Made by a program: the position numbers and the translations under genes. From positions 68,644 through 132,643 of the forward strand of contig JAFPYR010000021.1 of NCBI GenBank assembly GCA_017412115.1: a DNA stretch of 64,000 nt, given 5' to 3'. The notes under the pieces were generated by a model that saw only the letters and a list, made by a program, of their open reading frames with translations, searched no databases and was not told where the DNA came from. Origin of the DNA: Bacteroidales bacterium. GTDB lineage: Bacteria; Bacteroidota; Bacteroidia; Bacteroidales; UBA3824. Below are positions 35,905 through 46,084 of the stretch, in pieces. Positions within the stretch are counted from its first letter, which is position 1. Every line of letters begins with the position of its first letter.

Positions 35905-38900
35905 TTACAACCATTTTACCAAAGCGAAATCTGTTCTGTGAACGAGATTTTTGTTTGATGGGAATAGTCTGAAACCGTAGTTGAAGTTACCGGGTTTATC
36001 GGGTCTGAGGTCGATGCTGTAATGAGCGAAACGGCCTGCTTCTTTTTGGAGTTTAAGCGGAACGGTAGAGAGTAGTTTAGAGCTACCGTCTTGGCTAACT
36101 TCGGTCATAACCATTTCAATAGCGATATCTTCAGCTTTGAGGTCGCCTAAGTTTACGACAACTTCACCGTAGTATTCTTCGCCCATGTAGAGCGGGTCTT
36201 TTACGATGTCGTGGAATGAAACTTTTTCTACAGAGAGTTTATCCCAAGCTTGAACGACTTTATGTTTCCAAGCAGCGAGTTCGAGGGCTACTTTGTAGTT
36301 ATTTGCGCTAACGGTTGCTCCTGTTTCAGCGAGTTTGTTGTAATAACGTTCGTAGTAATCGTCCAACTGACGTTTCATTGTGAAGTTAGGAGCAATGTGT
36401 CCGATAGAGTTTTTGATAACGCTAACCCACTGTTCAGGAACGCCTTGTTCGTTTCTTGTGTAGAATTTCGGGCAAATGTCCTCAATGATTGTACGGTAGA
36501 TAGTAGCTGCGTCCAATTGGTTTTGGAAACCTTGGTCTTGATAAGCTCTTTCTTGCGGCAAGCACCAACCACCATCGGGGCGGTAACCTTCAACCCACCA
36601 ACCATCAAGTACTGAATAGTGAATAGCACCGTTCATAACGGCTTTCATTCCTGATGTACCTGATGCCTCGAGAGGACGTGTCGGGGTGTTCATCCAAATA
36701 TCAACGCCAGAAACAAGTTTCTTAGCCAAAGAGATGTCGTAATCTTCGAGGAAGAGGATTTTGCCGACAAATTCGGGACGTTTAGAAATCTCAACGATTT
36801 GTTTGATGATACCTTGTCCGCCGCCGTCAGCCGGGTGAGCTTTACCTGCGAAGATAAACTGAACGGGTCTTACGGGGTCGTTTACTATTTTTGACAAGAT
36901 GTCGAGGTTTGTCATAAGCAAGTTACCGCGTTTGTAAGTTGCGAAACGACGTGCAAAACCGATGGTCAAAGTGTTGGGATTCAAAGCGTTTTTGATTTTT
37001 ACCATTGATGAAGGATCTTCACCGCGTTTTTGGTAATCGGCTTCCATTTTGATTTTGATGTAGTCGATAAGTTCTTTACGCTTTTGCTGACGCATTTTCC
37101 AGATTTCTCCGTTATCAACACCTTGAATAGCATTCCAATAAGACTCGTTAGATTGGTCTTTGAGGAATTTCTTGTCAAATGTTTTTTGGTAGAATTGCTG
37201 CCATTCTTTAGCTGCCCAAGTCGGATAGTGTACACCATTTGTAACGTATCCGATATTAAGCTCTTCCGGGTAGTAACCGCTCCACATGTAGTTGAACATG
37301 TTTTTGGTAACCTCGCCGTGAAGCATTGAAACGCCGTTAACCTCTTGTGATAATTGACAAGCAAGGTAAGAGAAGTTGAATTCCTGACCTCTGTCATCAA
37401 CGTTGTTTTTACCCAAAGCTAAGAACTCTTTCCATGAGATACCGAGTCTTTCGGGATAGTGTCCCATGTAGGTTAAAATCATATCTTCGGGGAAAGCATC
37501 GTGTCCTGCCGGAACGGGCGTGTGAGTAGTGTAAAGCGTTGAAGCACGTACAATTTCCAAAGCCTCGTTGAGAGTGAAATTGTGTTCTTGGATAAGGTTG
37601 TTCAAACGCTCGATACCCATCAATGCCGCATGACCTTCGTTCATGTGGTAAATCTGTTTTGTGATGCCCATTTTTCTAAGAGCGCGGATACCACCGACAC
37701 CGAGCAACATTTCTTGTTTCAAACGGTTTTCTCTGTCGCCGCCGTACAAGTGGTGAGTTACCCAACGGTCTTGATCCCAATTAGCCTCGAAATCAGTATC
37801 CAAAAGATAAAGTTCGATTCTTCCCACTTGAGCTTTCCAAACTTGAGCGGTAAGTTTTCTACCCGGGAATGCCACTTGAATGGTCATTTGATTGCCGTTT
37901 TCGTCTTTTACGGCCGTGATGGGCAAGTATCTGAAGTCCTGAGGAACGTCCTCTGCAATTTGGTCGCCCCAAACAGAAATCTTCTGACGGAAATATCCGT
38001 AACGGTAAAGAAGACCGACTGCAACCATATCAACGTTAGAGTCAGAAGCCTCTTTCAAATAGTCGCCGGCTAAGATACCAAGACCGCCTGAGAAGATTTT
38101 CAAGGAGTCATGAATACCATATTCCATACAGAAATATGCAACGGATGGACCTTTTGCATTTTTCTTTTCTTCCATATATGCACGGAAATCGGCGTAAACT
38201 TTTTCGTATTTAGCTATAAAATCCTGATCGTTTTCCAAAACGGACAATCTGTTAAGGTCAACCTGACGAAGCAAGGCAACGGGATTTTTACCCGATTTTT
38301 CCCACAGACCGTCTTCTCCGATGGTCTGCCACATTTCTTCGGCCTCGAAATTCCAACACCACCAGAGGTTGTAGGACATTTCTTCCAAGCCTTTAAATTT
38401 TCCTGAAAGGTTCGGGTGAACCTGAATGTTTCTCCAAATAGGGTTGTTCACTTTTATTTCTTTTATGTTAAACGATTCGTGTGAATATTTTGAAAAATCA
38501 GCCTCTTCAAAACGTTTTACCGTTCTGTCTAATGCAATTGAATAGGCTTTTAAATAATATTTCGTGAGATTCTTCCACAAGAACTGTTGCGAAAGTTCGT
38601 ATGCCGCCTTTTTAGTTTTTTCCATGTCGGCTTTTGACAAAGCGGCATAGTCAATAACGGCTTTTGCAAGATTATAAACGACATCGTTATAATTATCATC
38701 GTTGCGGTGAAGTACTATAACGGGTTTTGTTTCTTTTGGCAAAAGATTTTCCGTATACTTTCCAAAACCTGCAAGGTCGGTTGTGATTGTCGGCACACTG
38801 AATGCAATACTTTCAAGAGGCGTGTATCCCCAAGGTTCGTAATATGAGGGGAATGCCGTTATGTCCATACCGACTAACAAATCGTAGTAAGGCATATTGA

Positions 38901-40158
38901 AAATACCGTCATCACCTTTTAAATATGAAGGAACGAAAATAAGTTTCAATTTGCTGCCTTCTGCGTTGTCAAGGCCGAGCGAGATAGCGCGGTTGCATAC
39001 GGCGTCATATTCTACGTGGTGAAGACCGTGGGTCAAGTACTTAGAATATTTGTCGTTTGAAACTTTCTCTTGTTTGCCCTCCAAAGCGGCTTTAAGGTCT
39101 TGACGTGCTCCGTAGTTGTTTGCGGGAACGGTTATTAACGCCAAAATATTTTTCTTACATTCACCTAAGTCGATGATTTTTTTCAATGCATCCAAAAAAA
39201 CATCAATACCTTTGTTCCTGTATTCGTAACGTCCTGAAGTTCCGAGAATTAAAGTATCATCGGAGAATTTCTCACCAAAAAGTTTTGATGCAACGTTGAG
39301 TATAGTTTTTCTTGCTGCTGCACGTTTTGTGTTGTAAACGCTGCCTTTAGGAACAAAATCGTCTTCAAAACCGTTAGGCGTTACAATATCTACTTTTCTG
39401 TATGTGAATTGTTTACACTCGATAGCGGTGATATCAGAAACCGTTGTATAAGCATCAGCGTTGAGTGCTGAAAGTTTTTCACAACTTTGTTTTGCCACCA
39501 TGTTGAACTCACGTGCCTTTGTATCGCCGTCGTATGAGTTAATCGGAGAGTACAAGGGCTGACCGTTTCCGGCAATACTTCTGCCGATTGCTGTGGCGTG
39601 CGTTGTGAAAACGGTTGCAATTTCGGGTGCGTATTTTTCAATGTAAAGAATACCTGCACCTGTCATCCACTCGTGAAAATGCGCTACGACACGGTTTTCG
39701 GGCTGAAGGTTGTATTGACAAAAACTTTCAATTACTTTACCTGCGCTGTAACCGAAAATTACGGGTTCGATATACCCCCAATCGCCTGAAATTGAATCAA
39801 GTTTGTAAGTTTCCCAAAATTCTGCGAAAATTGAATCTTTTTTGGAGATGTTTTGGGAAAAATCTACGAGGATAACGATAGGTTCACCGATGATTTTCCA
39901 GCGTCCGATTCTAACACGGGTTTCGGTGCGGTTTATAACCCTTCTCCAATCTGCGAAAAGAGTTTTGTCCTCAACGAATTCCGGATTGTCTTCCGTGTTA
40001 CGCCAAATGTCAGGACCAATCATGACGAGGTTGTCACCGAATTTTGCCTTTAAGGTCTGCGCTTTTGTTGAAACGACGGTATGGATTCCGCCTACTTTGT
40101 TGCAGACTTCCCAACTCGTTTCAAACACGAAATCGGGAGTTTGTTCTGTTGATGCCAT
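35905..40158 (-). CDS. fused glycogen synthase (GT3-like) / alpha-glucan phosphorylase (GT35)
   Basis: N-terminus FETSWEVCNKVGGIHTVVSTKA (eukaryote-type GT3 signature). The C-terminal half has alpha-glucan phosphorylase motifs and the PLP-lysine region EASGTSGMKAVMNG. Confidence 0.9.
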   Translation of the reverse strand: MASTEQTPDFVFETSWEVCNKVGGIHTVVSTKAQTLKAKFGDNLVMIGPDIWRNTEDNPEFVEDKTLFADWRRVINRTETRVRIGRWKIIGEPIVILVDFSQNISKKDSIFAEFWETYKLDSISGDWGYIEPVIFGYSAGKVIESFCQYNLQPENRVVAHFHEWMTGAGILYIEKYAPEIATVFTTHATAIGRSIAGNGQPLYSPINSYDGDTKAREFNMVAKQSCEKLSALNADAYTTVSDITAIECKQFTYRKVDIVTPNGFEDDFVPKGSVYNTKRAAARKTILNVASKLFGEKFSDDTLILGTSGRYEYRNKGIDVFLDALKKIIDLGECKKNILALITVPANNYGARQDLKAALEGKQEKVSNDKYSKYLTHGLHHVEYDAVCNRAISLGLDNAEGSKLKLIFVPSYLKGDDGIFNMPYYDLLVGMDITAFPSYYEPWGYTPLESIAFSVPTITTDLAGFGKYTENLLPKETKPVIVLHRNDDNYNDVVYNLAKAVIDYAALSKADMEKTKKAAYELSQQFLWKNLTKYYLKAYSIALDRTVKRFEEADFSKYSHESFNIKEIKVNNPIWRNIQVHPNLSGKFKGLEEMSYNLWWCWNFEAEEMWQTIGEDGLWEKSGKNPVALLRQVDLNRLSVLENDQDFIAKYEKVYADFRAYMEEKKNAKGPSVAYFCMEYGIHDSLKIFSGGLGILAGDYLKEASDSNVDMVAVGLLYRYGYFRQKISVWGDQIAEDVPQDFRYLPITAVKDENGNQMTIQVAFPGRKLTAQVWKAQVGRIELYLLDTDFEANWDQDRWVTHHLYGGDRENRLKQEMLLGVGGIRALRKMGITKQIYHMNEGHAALMGIERLNNLIQEHNFTLNEALEIVRASTLYTTHTPVPAGHDAFPEDMILTYMGHYPERLGISWKEFLALGKNNVDDRGQEFNFSYLACQLSQEVNGVSMLHGEVTKNMFNYMWSGYYPEELNIGYVTNGVHYPTWAAKEWQQFYQKTFDKKFLKDQSNESYWNAIQGVDNGEIWKMRQQKRKELIDYIKIKMEADYQKRGEDPSSMVKIKNALNPNTLTIGFARRFATYKRGNLLMTNLDILSKIVNDPVRPVQFIFAGKAHPADGGGQGIIKQIVEISKRPEFVGKILFLEDYDISLAKKLVSGVDIWMNTPTRPLEASGTSGMKAVMNGAIHYSVLDGWWVEGYRPDGGWCLPQERAYQDQGFQNQLDAATIYRTIIEDICPKFYTRNEQGVPEQWVSVIKNSIGHIAPNFTMKRQLDDYYERYYNKLAETGATVSANNYKVALELAAWKHKVVQAWDKLSVEKVSFHDIVKDPLYMGEEYYGEVVVNLGDLKAEDIAIEMVMTEVSQDGSSKLLSTVPLKLQKEAGRFAHYSIDLRPDKPGNFNYGFRLFPSNKNLVHRTDFALVKWL

Positions 40159-40462
40159 AATTCTTGTTATACTTCTTTAATTTATTTAAAAGTTTTCTGT
40201 TATGGGACAATTGGGCATCAATCTTCCGATAGCCAATTTGACCTTAGTTAATTGTTAATTGCCAAAAGTTATTAACAAAAAAGTGTTGATAACCTTTTTC
40301 AAGTCGCCAAAGTACGAAGTATTTTTTTAATTTCCAACATTCATTTCGTTTATTTTTTAACTTTTTTTTGAAATTCTGCATTAACTTTTTGATTATCAGC
40401 TCAAAAAAAATAACTTTTTTCCTTTAGAAAAACAAAATTACGGGAAAACGAAAAAAAATATT

Positions 40463-40470
40463 TATTTTTG
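40463..40470 (+). promoter_or_regulatory. -7 box TATTTTTG
   Basis: ~30 nt upstream of the GTG/ATG at 40497/40500. Confidence 0.4.
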
Positions 40471-40496
40471 CAGCCGTATTTTTCTTATTATAAAAC

Positions 40497-42212
40497 GTGA
40501 TGAAAAAAGTTTTTCAGATTTTTTTGTTGTTAATGGCGTTTTCCGTTAAGGCTCAGGACTTTAGAGTTGAAATTTTGAACCTTGACGAAGAAAACTCTCT
40601 GATAGTTTGTCCCAAAACGACTTGCTTGTTTTCCTCAAAAGCCACACTTGACGGACAAGAAGTCGCAGCAACTTTCCTTTGGGATTTTGATAACGGCGAT
40701 AGAGTTGAAACTCAAGAAAATTCCGTTAATTATATTTATCAAAAAGGCGGTGCATATATTATAAGTGTTAAAGCTGTTTATAATGATTATCAGGCTTTCT
40801 CTTACGGGAAACTAAAAGTTGGTGTAAGTCCTTATTTTTCAAAGTATTATAACGATATTGACAAAAGTTTTAGCGGTATTTGTTTGGGTAGTAAAGCGGT
40901 TTTAACGATGCCTTTGAACGATACTTTGGTCGAATATTCTGGGGAAAATTCTTTCTCTGCCAAAACTCCTCAAACCTTTTATTCAACCTCGTGGAGGGAG
41001 TTTGTAACGGTTAAAAATTTTAATAATCAGACTGTTACGAGCGGAGACGATATTAAATCCGTCAGAGTGAAACTTGTTCATACAAATTCCGAAAATTTGA
41101 AAATTTCTTTGTTATCGCCTGATAATAAAGAAGTTGTATTGAAAGATTTTTCTGATAAAAAATATTTTTTAGGAATTCCGCAGGAGGGAAAAGCCGGGAC
41201 ACTTTATAATTATACGTTTTCTTCAAAAGCAAATTCTACGTTGAACTCCGTGGTTTTAAGCGAAGAGGATAATAATGTTATAAGTGAGGGAGAATATTTG
41301 CCTGAGGAGGGTTTTGAAAAGTTTTTAACCTCGCCTATAAATGGTCAGTGGACCTTGATTTTGACCTCTGAGGGAGACGAAAGTGAAGGTTATGTATCTG
41401 ATTTTGAGATAGTTTTTGATGAAGAAAAACTATTGTCCGAAAAGTGGAATTTTTCTCAGAAATATGATTTAAGACGTGCCGTTTGGTCGGGCAAAGGCAT
41501 TTCAGCGACGCGTAACGCCGTTGCAGAATGTACGCCTAAAGAATACGGAACTACGAAATATACGTTTACGGTTTCTGACGATTTTTCATGCGTTCACGAT
41601 ACGGCTGTTTTTATTGAAGTCGAAAAACCGCAGTTTTCGGGAGCAGGCGATTCAACTATTTTTATCGGTGATGAAATAAATTTTGAATCTAAAACCTCGT
41701 GGGCTAATGCTTGTTTGTGGACGGCGGGCGATGAGTCAAAGCCCGAAAGCGGAAATCCTTTTGTTAAAGTATATTACGAAAAAGGTCTTTATCAAGTGAT
41801 TTTGGAAAATACTGACCTTTCAGGGTGCAGCGACAGGGATACGCAAACCGTTAAAATCGTTCCGAGACCTTTGGAGGTTAAGGAAGTTAATATTTTTACC
41901 CCTGATGATAACGGTCAAAACGATGTGTTTACATTTTTCAACGAAAAGGATTCTTTCTTGAAAAGCGGCGGTCTGACCAAAATGCCGGCTAATATCCGTT
42001 CTATTAAAGGTAAGATTTATAATGTTTTAGGACAAGTGGTTTACAAATGGGACGAGGTTGAAGCCTCTGTTTTCGGTTGGGACGGTACTATCGGAAACAA
42101 TGGCAATAGAAAATGCCCTCCCGGAACATATTTTTACGATATTGTGGTCTTCGGTAAAGACGGTAATTCCTTGAAACGTTCAGGGACGATTTTTCTTTAC
42201 CGTCAAAAATAA
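40497..42212 (+). CDS. T9SS type-B sorting-domain protein with PKD-like and proprotein-convertase P domains
   Basis: Signal peptide; P-domain-like VRVKLVHTNSENLKISLLSPDNKEV; C-terminal gliding-associated CTD (NIFTPDDNGQNDVF...WDGT...PPGTYFYDIV...GTIFLYR). ATG 40500 is an equally plausible start. Confidence 0.75.
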   Translation: MMKKVFQIFLLLMAFSVKAQDFRVEILNLDEENSLIVCPKTTCLFSSKATLDGQEVAATFLWDFDNGDRVETQENSVNYIYQKGGAYIISVKAVYNDYQAFSYGKLKVGVSPYFSKYYNDIDKSFSGICLGSKAVLTMPLNDTLVEYSGENSFSAKTPQTFYSTSWREFVTVKNFNNQTVTSGDDIKSVRVKLVHTNSENLKISLLSPDNKEVVLKDFSDKKYFLGIPQEGKAGTLYNYTFSSKANSTLNSVVLSEEDNNVISEGEYLPEEGFEKFLTSPINGQWTLILTSEGDESEGYVSDFEIVFDEEKLLSEKWNFSQKYDLRRAVWSGKGISATRNAVAECTPKEYGTTKYTFTVSDDFSCVHDTAVFIEVEKPQFSGAGDSTIFIGDEINFESKTSWANACLWTAGDESKPESGNPFVKVYYEKGLYQVILENTDLSGCSDRDTQTVKIVPRPLEVKEVNIFTPDDNGQNDVFTFFNEKDSFLKSGGLTKMPANIRSIKGKIYNVLGQVVYKWDEVEASVFGWDGTIGNNGNRKCPPGTYFYDIVVFGKDGNSLKRSGTIFLYRQK

Positions 42213-42213
42213 T

Positions 42214-42258
42214 AAAAAAACGGCGGAAACATTTTTTTGTATCCGCCGTTTTTTTTAT
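42214..42258. terminator. bidirectional rho-independent terminator
   Basis: ACGGCGGA-loop-TCCGCCGT with an A-run on the left and T8 on the right. Confidence 0.7.
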
Positions 42259-42743
42259 TTCAGATTGCTGACAATGGCCATAAATTCTTTCATCGAATCC
42301 TTGTCCGTCAGCTCTACACCGTCCCTGAAGCATTTGTAAATCTGATTATCTTTGAAATAAGCAGTTTCCAAATAATTGGAATCAACGTCCAAAATCACTT
42401 CCCTTGCCAAAAGTACGGGTTCGGAATTTTTGTAATAAACCTCCGTATTCTCTCTTACGGAATCTCCTACAACCGAAATCCTTACAGTATCATTGTTCAA
42501 GACTCCCATAATGGTTTTGTTACCTTTCTTTTCCTTTCTGATAAAATCCAACTGTTCGCCATTGGCTTTTATGTAATTGACATAGTAATCTACGTCATTG
42601 AGGTAATTGCTGTTTAAGATTTCAGGCATTTGAGTATTGCTGATGTCTGATTTTATGGTTGATACGGTATCGCGTCTGAAATTAGAACACGATACGGCAG
42701 TACATAACCATATCAGTGTAATAATAAATAAATACTTTTTCAT
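42255..42743 (-). CDS. lipoprotein, function unknown
   Basis: Lipobox AVSC. 162 aa. Confidence 0.5.
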   Translation of the reverse strand: MKKYLFIITLIWLCTAVSCSNFRRDTVSTIKSDISNTQMPEILNSNYLNDVDYYVNYIKANGEQLDFIRKEKKGNKTIMGVLNNDTVRISVVGDSVRENTEVYYKNSEPVLLAREVILDVDSNYLETAYFKDNQIYKCFRDGVELTDKDSMKEFMAIVSNLK

Positions 42744-42797
42744 TTCCTTTATACGTTAAATTCTGTAATTAAAGTCCGCAATATATAACATTTTGTG

Positions 42798-43964
42798 TTA
42801 ATTTGCAATAGTTTGTTTGTTAATTTTTTTACTCCCCGAATAAATTTCAAAACATTCGAGCTTGCACTCTAACGGACCGTTGAAAAGTTTGATTTTCTTT
42901 TTAGGGTGAAGACCGATAGTTTTCAAGGCCGGAAGGTTGCCGCTTAAAATCCATGCTTTGTAACCTTCATAATTGTTTTTGAGCGTATCGCCGATATTTT
43001 TGTAAAATTCACCGATTTCGTTTTCCGTTTCCAAACGTTCTCCGTAAGGCGGATTCATTATCAGAAAACCTTCCTGTGCAGGTTTAGGATTGTCGAAAAA
43101 ATCTTTTCTGTTGAAATCTATGAAATTTTCAACACCTGCCTTTGTCGCATTCTGACAACTTGCGTCTAATGCCGTAACGTCAATGTCAAAACCGCAAATT
43201 ATGTTTTCGGTTTTTGTTTTTATAATATCTTTTTGTTCTTTTTTTAATTCCGCCCAAATTGAGGAATCGAAATTTCTCCATTTTTCAACGGCGAAATGTC
43301 TGAAATTGCCCGGAGCGATGTTCATTGCCATTAATGCCGCCTCTATCGGAAAAGTTCCCGAGCCGCACATCGGATCGGTAAACGCCTCTGAGGGTTGCCA
43401 AAGAGCAAGTTTTAAGATTCCGGCTGCTAAAACTTCATTAACGGGAGCCTCCGTTTGACGGACTTTGTAGCCGCGTTTGCTCATCGGTATTCCCGTTGAA
43501 TCGAGTGAAACCGTAATATCCGAATTATAAATATGAATATTGATTCTTAAATCAGGATATTCCGTATCAACACTCGGACGGCGTCCACGTTTGTTTCTGA
43601 AATAATCCGCAATGGCATCTTTGCATTTTAATGCGGCGTATTTAGAATGTGTGAAAACAGGCCCTGAGGCGGTGCAATCAATTGCAAAAGTATCACTGAC
43701 AGCCATATAATCCTGCCAATTGATTTTAATAACCTCTTCGTAAAGTTCCTTGTCGTTGAACGCCTTAAATTTTTTGATCGGTACAAGTATTTTCAGTGCG
43801 GTTCTCAGCCAAAAATTAGCACGGTAAAGCACTTGAATATCGCCTCTAAAAACTACGGCTCTTGTTGATAGTTTTATGTCCGAGGCTCCGATTTTTGTTA
43901 ATTCTTCCGCCAAAACTCCTTCCAAACCGAAAAAAGTTGTGGCCGTCATATCAAATTTTTCCAT
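42798..43964 (-). CDS. THUMP-domain class I SAM-dependent RNA methyltransferase (RlmL/COG0116-like)
   Basis: N-terminal THUMP layout; DPMCGSGTFPIEA SAM motif; NPPYGERL catalytic motif. Confidence 0.85.
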   Translation of the reverse strand: MEKFDMTATTFFGLEGVLAEELTKIGASDIKLSTRAVVFRGDIQVLYRANFWLRTALKILVPIKKFKAFNDKELYEEVIKINWQDYMAVSDTFAIDCTASGPVFTHSKYAALKCKDAIADYFRNKRGRRPSVDTEYPDLRINIHIYNSDITVSLDSTGIPMSKRGYKVRQTEAPVNEVLAAGILKLALWQPSEAFTDPMCGSGTFPIEAALMAMNIAPGNFRHFAVEKWRNFDSSIWAELKKEQKDIIKTKTENIICGFDIDVTALDASCQNATKAGVENFIDFNRKDFFDNPKPAQEGFLIMNPPYGERLETENEIGEFYKNIGDTLKNNYEGYKAWILSGNLPALKTIGLHPKKKIKLFNGPLECKLECFEIYSGSKKINKQTIAN

Positions 43965-43982
43965 TTTTTGCGTTTTTAATAA

Positions 43983-44429
43983 TTAGAAACGGTTGTTCGT
44001 AATTCTTACGGCGTTTCCCGTATTATCGGTAATGGTTTCGTATTCTCTTAAAGCGTGTTTTGCTTTTCCTGAGACTACGATTCCGTGTAGAAGTACGCTA
44101 AACCTTGAGTTACAGTTTGTTACAGTATCTTGATGACAAAGACATTTTGTTTTTTCATCAAAGACCAAAGGTGCGTGTTTCGGATTAAGACTGCACGCAC
44201 GGTCAAAAGCGTAAAAAGTTCTGCCGTCAAAGTTATAAAGCAAAATGCCGTTATAACCGCCGGTTATGTAAACCTTGCCGCCCGGCGACTGAAGTGCCGA
44301 AAACCTTGAATCGCTCAGGTGTACGATTATATCAACGTAAGTCTCTGGCACAGGGTTGTCTTTTTCGCTGTCGCATGACAAAAAAAATATAAAAAAAACG
44401 GCAATAAAAGCCGGTAATTTTAATTTCAA
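43983..44429 (-). CDS. lipoprotein, function unknown
   Basis: Lipobox FLSC. 148 aa. Cys-rich C-terminal half. Confidence 0.45.
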   Translation of the reverse strand: MKLKLPAFIAVFFIFFLSCDSEKDNPVPETYVDIIVHLSDSRFSALQSPGGKVYITGGYNGILLYNFDGRTFYAFDRACSLNPKHAPLVFDEKTKCLCHQDTVTNCNSRFSVLLHGIVVSGKAKHALREYETITDNTGNAVRITNNRF

Positions 44430-44507
44430 TTTTTTTTTATTTAAGTTTGTAGCGGATTTTTTTCGTAATCCGAGGCAAAGTTAAACAAAAAAATTAAACT
44501 TCAGTAT

Positions 44508-45569
44508 ATGAAAAATTTAATATTAAAGACATTAATTTTTGTTTTTCTGATAACTATCTCATTTTCAGATAGTATCTATGCTCAGTACGAAGGTGGAAAA
44601 GCAAATTTAGGAGCGGAGTTTGCCCCTTCGGGAAGTCAGTTTACGCAAGATGGTTTTTTAATCGAGAGAGGTTTGAAGCGTAAAAAGCAGAAAAAACTTT
44701 ATGAAAAATGGAAAAAACATCAAGATAAGCAAAAAAAGAAAATGGCGAAAGATTCTCTTAAAGCCGTCAAAAAATTGGAGAAAGATTCTCTAAAAGCAGC
44801 AAAAAAGTTGCAGGACGATTCTGAGGAGGATGAAGAGGTCAGCGAAAAGAAGGAAAAGAAAGCCGATAAAGCTGATGGTGATGTTATAATGGATAAGAAA
44901 GCCAGAAAGGAGCAGAAGAAAAAGGAGAAAGAAGAAAAAAAGAAGCGTAAGGAAGAAGAAAAGAAGAAGAAAAAAAGCGGAGAGTCTTTGGATGATAATT
45001 TAGATATGGATTATGACGTGCCTGACCTTGAGGATTTTGGTAAGGAGGGCGAGAGTGCTGAATTTGAAGTTCAGCAGGAGGCCGTCTTTGAAAAAACAGA
45101 TGATGTGGAGCAGGAAGAAAAGTCCAAAGACAAAAAAGAGAAGAAAGAAAAATCCAAAATGACTAAAGAGCAAAAGGAGGCTAAGAAAAAACAAGATAAA
45201 ATAACGAAAGATTTTAAGAAAAACAGCGGCAAGACTGTTGATAGGAAAAAGAGTCAGAAAATCAGGGAGAAGGAAATGCAGAAAGCCCAAAAAGAAGCAG
45301 AAAAGAAAGAGGCTGATGCAGAGCTTCATGCCCGTGCTGCCTCAGGCGGTGATTTGACCTCCAAGGAGAGAAAAACTTTGGAAAAGGAGCAGCGTAAACA
45401 GTATATTGCCGATTATAAACATCAGAAAAAGGCTAAAAAGGCAATCTTGAAAATTCAAGACAAAAAAACAGCCCGACAAATGAAAAAACATCATAAAAAG
45501 ACAGATAAAAAAATGAGGGACAGACACAAAAAATCGAAACCCGGATTTTTAAAGAACTTTTTTAAATAA
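44508..45569 (+). CDS. secreted Lys/Glu-rich low-complexity protein
   Basis: Signal peptide, then ~300 aa dominated by K, E and D (KKEKKEKSK, KKRKEEEKKKKK). Confidence 0.5.
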   Translation: MKNLILKTLIFVFLITISFSDSIYAQYEGGKANLGAEFAPSGSQFTQDGFLIERGLKRKKQKKLYEKWKKHQDKQKKKMAKDSLKAVKKLEKDSLKAAKKLQDDSEEDEEVSEKKEKKADKADGDVIMDKKARKEQKKKEKEEKKKRKEEEKKKKKSGESLDDNLDMDYDVPDLEDFGKEGESAEFEVQQEAVFEKTDDVEQEEKSKDKKEKKEKSKMTKEQKEAKKKQDKITKDFKKNSGKTVDRKKSQKIREKEMQKAQKEAEKKEADAELHARAASGGDLTSKERKTLEKEQRKQYIADYKHQKKAKKAILKIQDKKTARQMKKHHKKTDKKMRDRHKKSKPGFLKNFFK

Positions 45570-45580
45570 TATAACAAAAA

Positions 45581-45964
45581 ATGAGTACGGCAGCATTTAC
45601 ATCTATTATGCTAATTGTAATTTTTGCGTTTATAGCTGCAATGATATGGGCTTACAGACGCAATGATTACAAAGCTCAGGAGAGAACTTTTACCCCGGAA
45701 GTTCTTAATAGTCTTGACGATACGATGAAGACTATAACCTCTTACAGTGAGCAGTATTTAAAGGATTTGCAGCAAAAGGAGGAACAGGAAAAGAAAAAAA
45801 ACGAAGAAGAGGAGCGGCAAAAAGACCCGCTTGCTAAGGTTGAGGCTTTAACCAGCAGAGCGAAGATGATTCAAGCTAAAAATCATATTCGTAAATCTGC
45901 TGCTGACGAGTATTTTGAAAAAACGCGCAAGATTGCAAACGAAATTTTAAAACCCAAAACCTAA
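45581..45964 (+). CDS. single-pass membrane protein with charged coiled-coil tail
   Basis: TM helix FTSIMLIVIFAFIAAMIWAY, then a K/E-rich region. Starts 12 nt after the previous gene. Confidence 0.45.
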   Translation: MSTAAFTSIMLIVIFAFIAAMIWAYRRNDYKAQERTFTPEVLNSLDDTMKTITSYSEQYLKDLQQKEEQEKKKNEEEERQKDPLAKVEALTSRAKMIQAKNHIRKSAADEYFEKTRKIANEILKPKT

Positions 45965-45994
45965 AAAAAAATTTTTTTTCTCAAAAAAACGTGT

Positions 45995-46002
45995 TACATT
46001 TG
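45995..46002 (+). promoter_or_regulatory. -7 box TACATTTG for greA (~105-nt leader)
   Basis: TAnnTTTG match upstream of the leader hairpin. Confidence 0.4.
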
Positions 46003-46028
46003 CAGCGTAAAAGATTATTAAAGTTAGG

Positions 46029-46084
46029 CAAGGGAGAATCCAAAAGGTGATGAGCGTTTTGAATTCTTCTTTGTTTTTTGTTTT
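46029..46084 (+). promoter_or_regulatory. terminator-like hairpin + T-tract inside the greA leader (candidate attenuator)
   Basis: CAAGGGAGAATCC (46029-46041) pairs with GAATTCTTCTTTG (46061-46073): 12 of 13 positions including 2 G-U pairs. Followed by TTTTTTGTTTT. Confidence 0.4.

Noticed and set aside
40159-40496. Possible ncRNA or riboswitch in the 340-bp divergent region between the glycogen enzyme gene and the T9SS-domain gene
   Set aside because: Only A/T-rich sequence and one promoter box were recognisable. I found no convincing conserved-looking structure.
45000-45527. Antisense ORFs (109 aa, 61 aa) opposite the Lys-rich protein gene
   Set aside because: They mirror the AAG/GAA repeats (poly-Leu/Phe products). 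The sense ORF has a signal peptide and a much longer frame.
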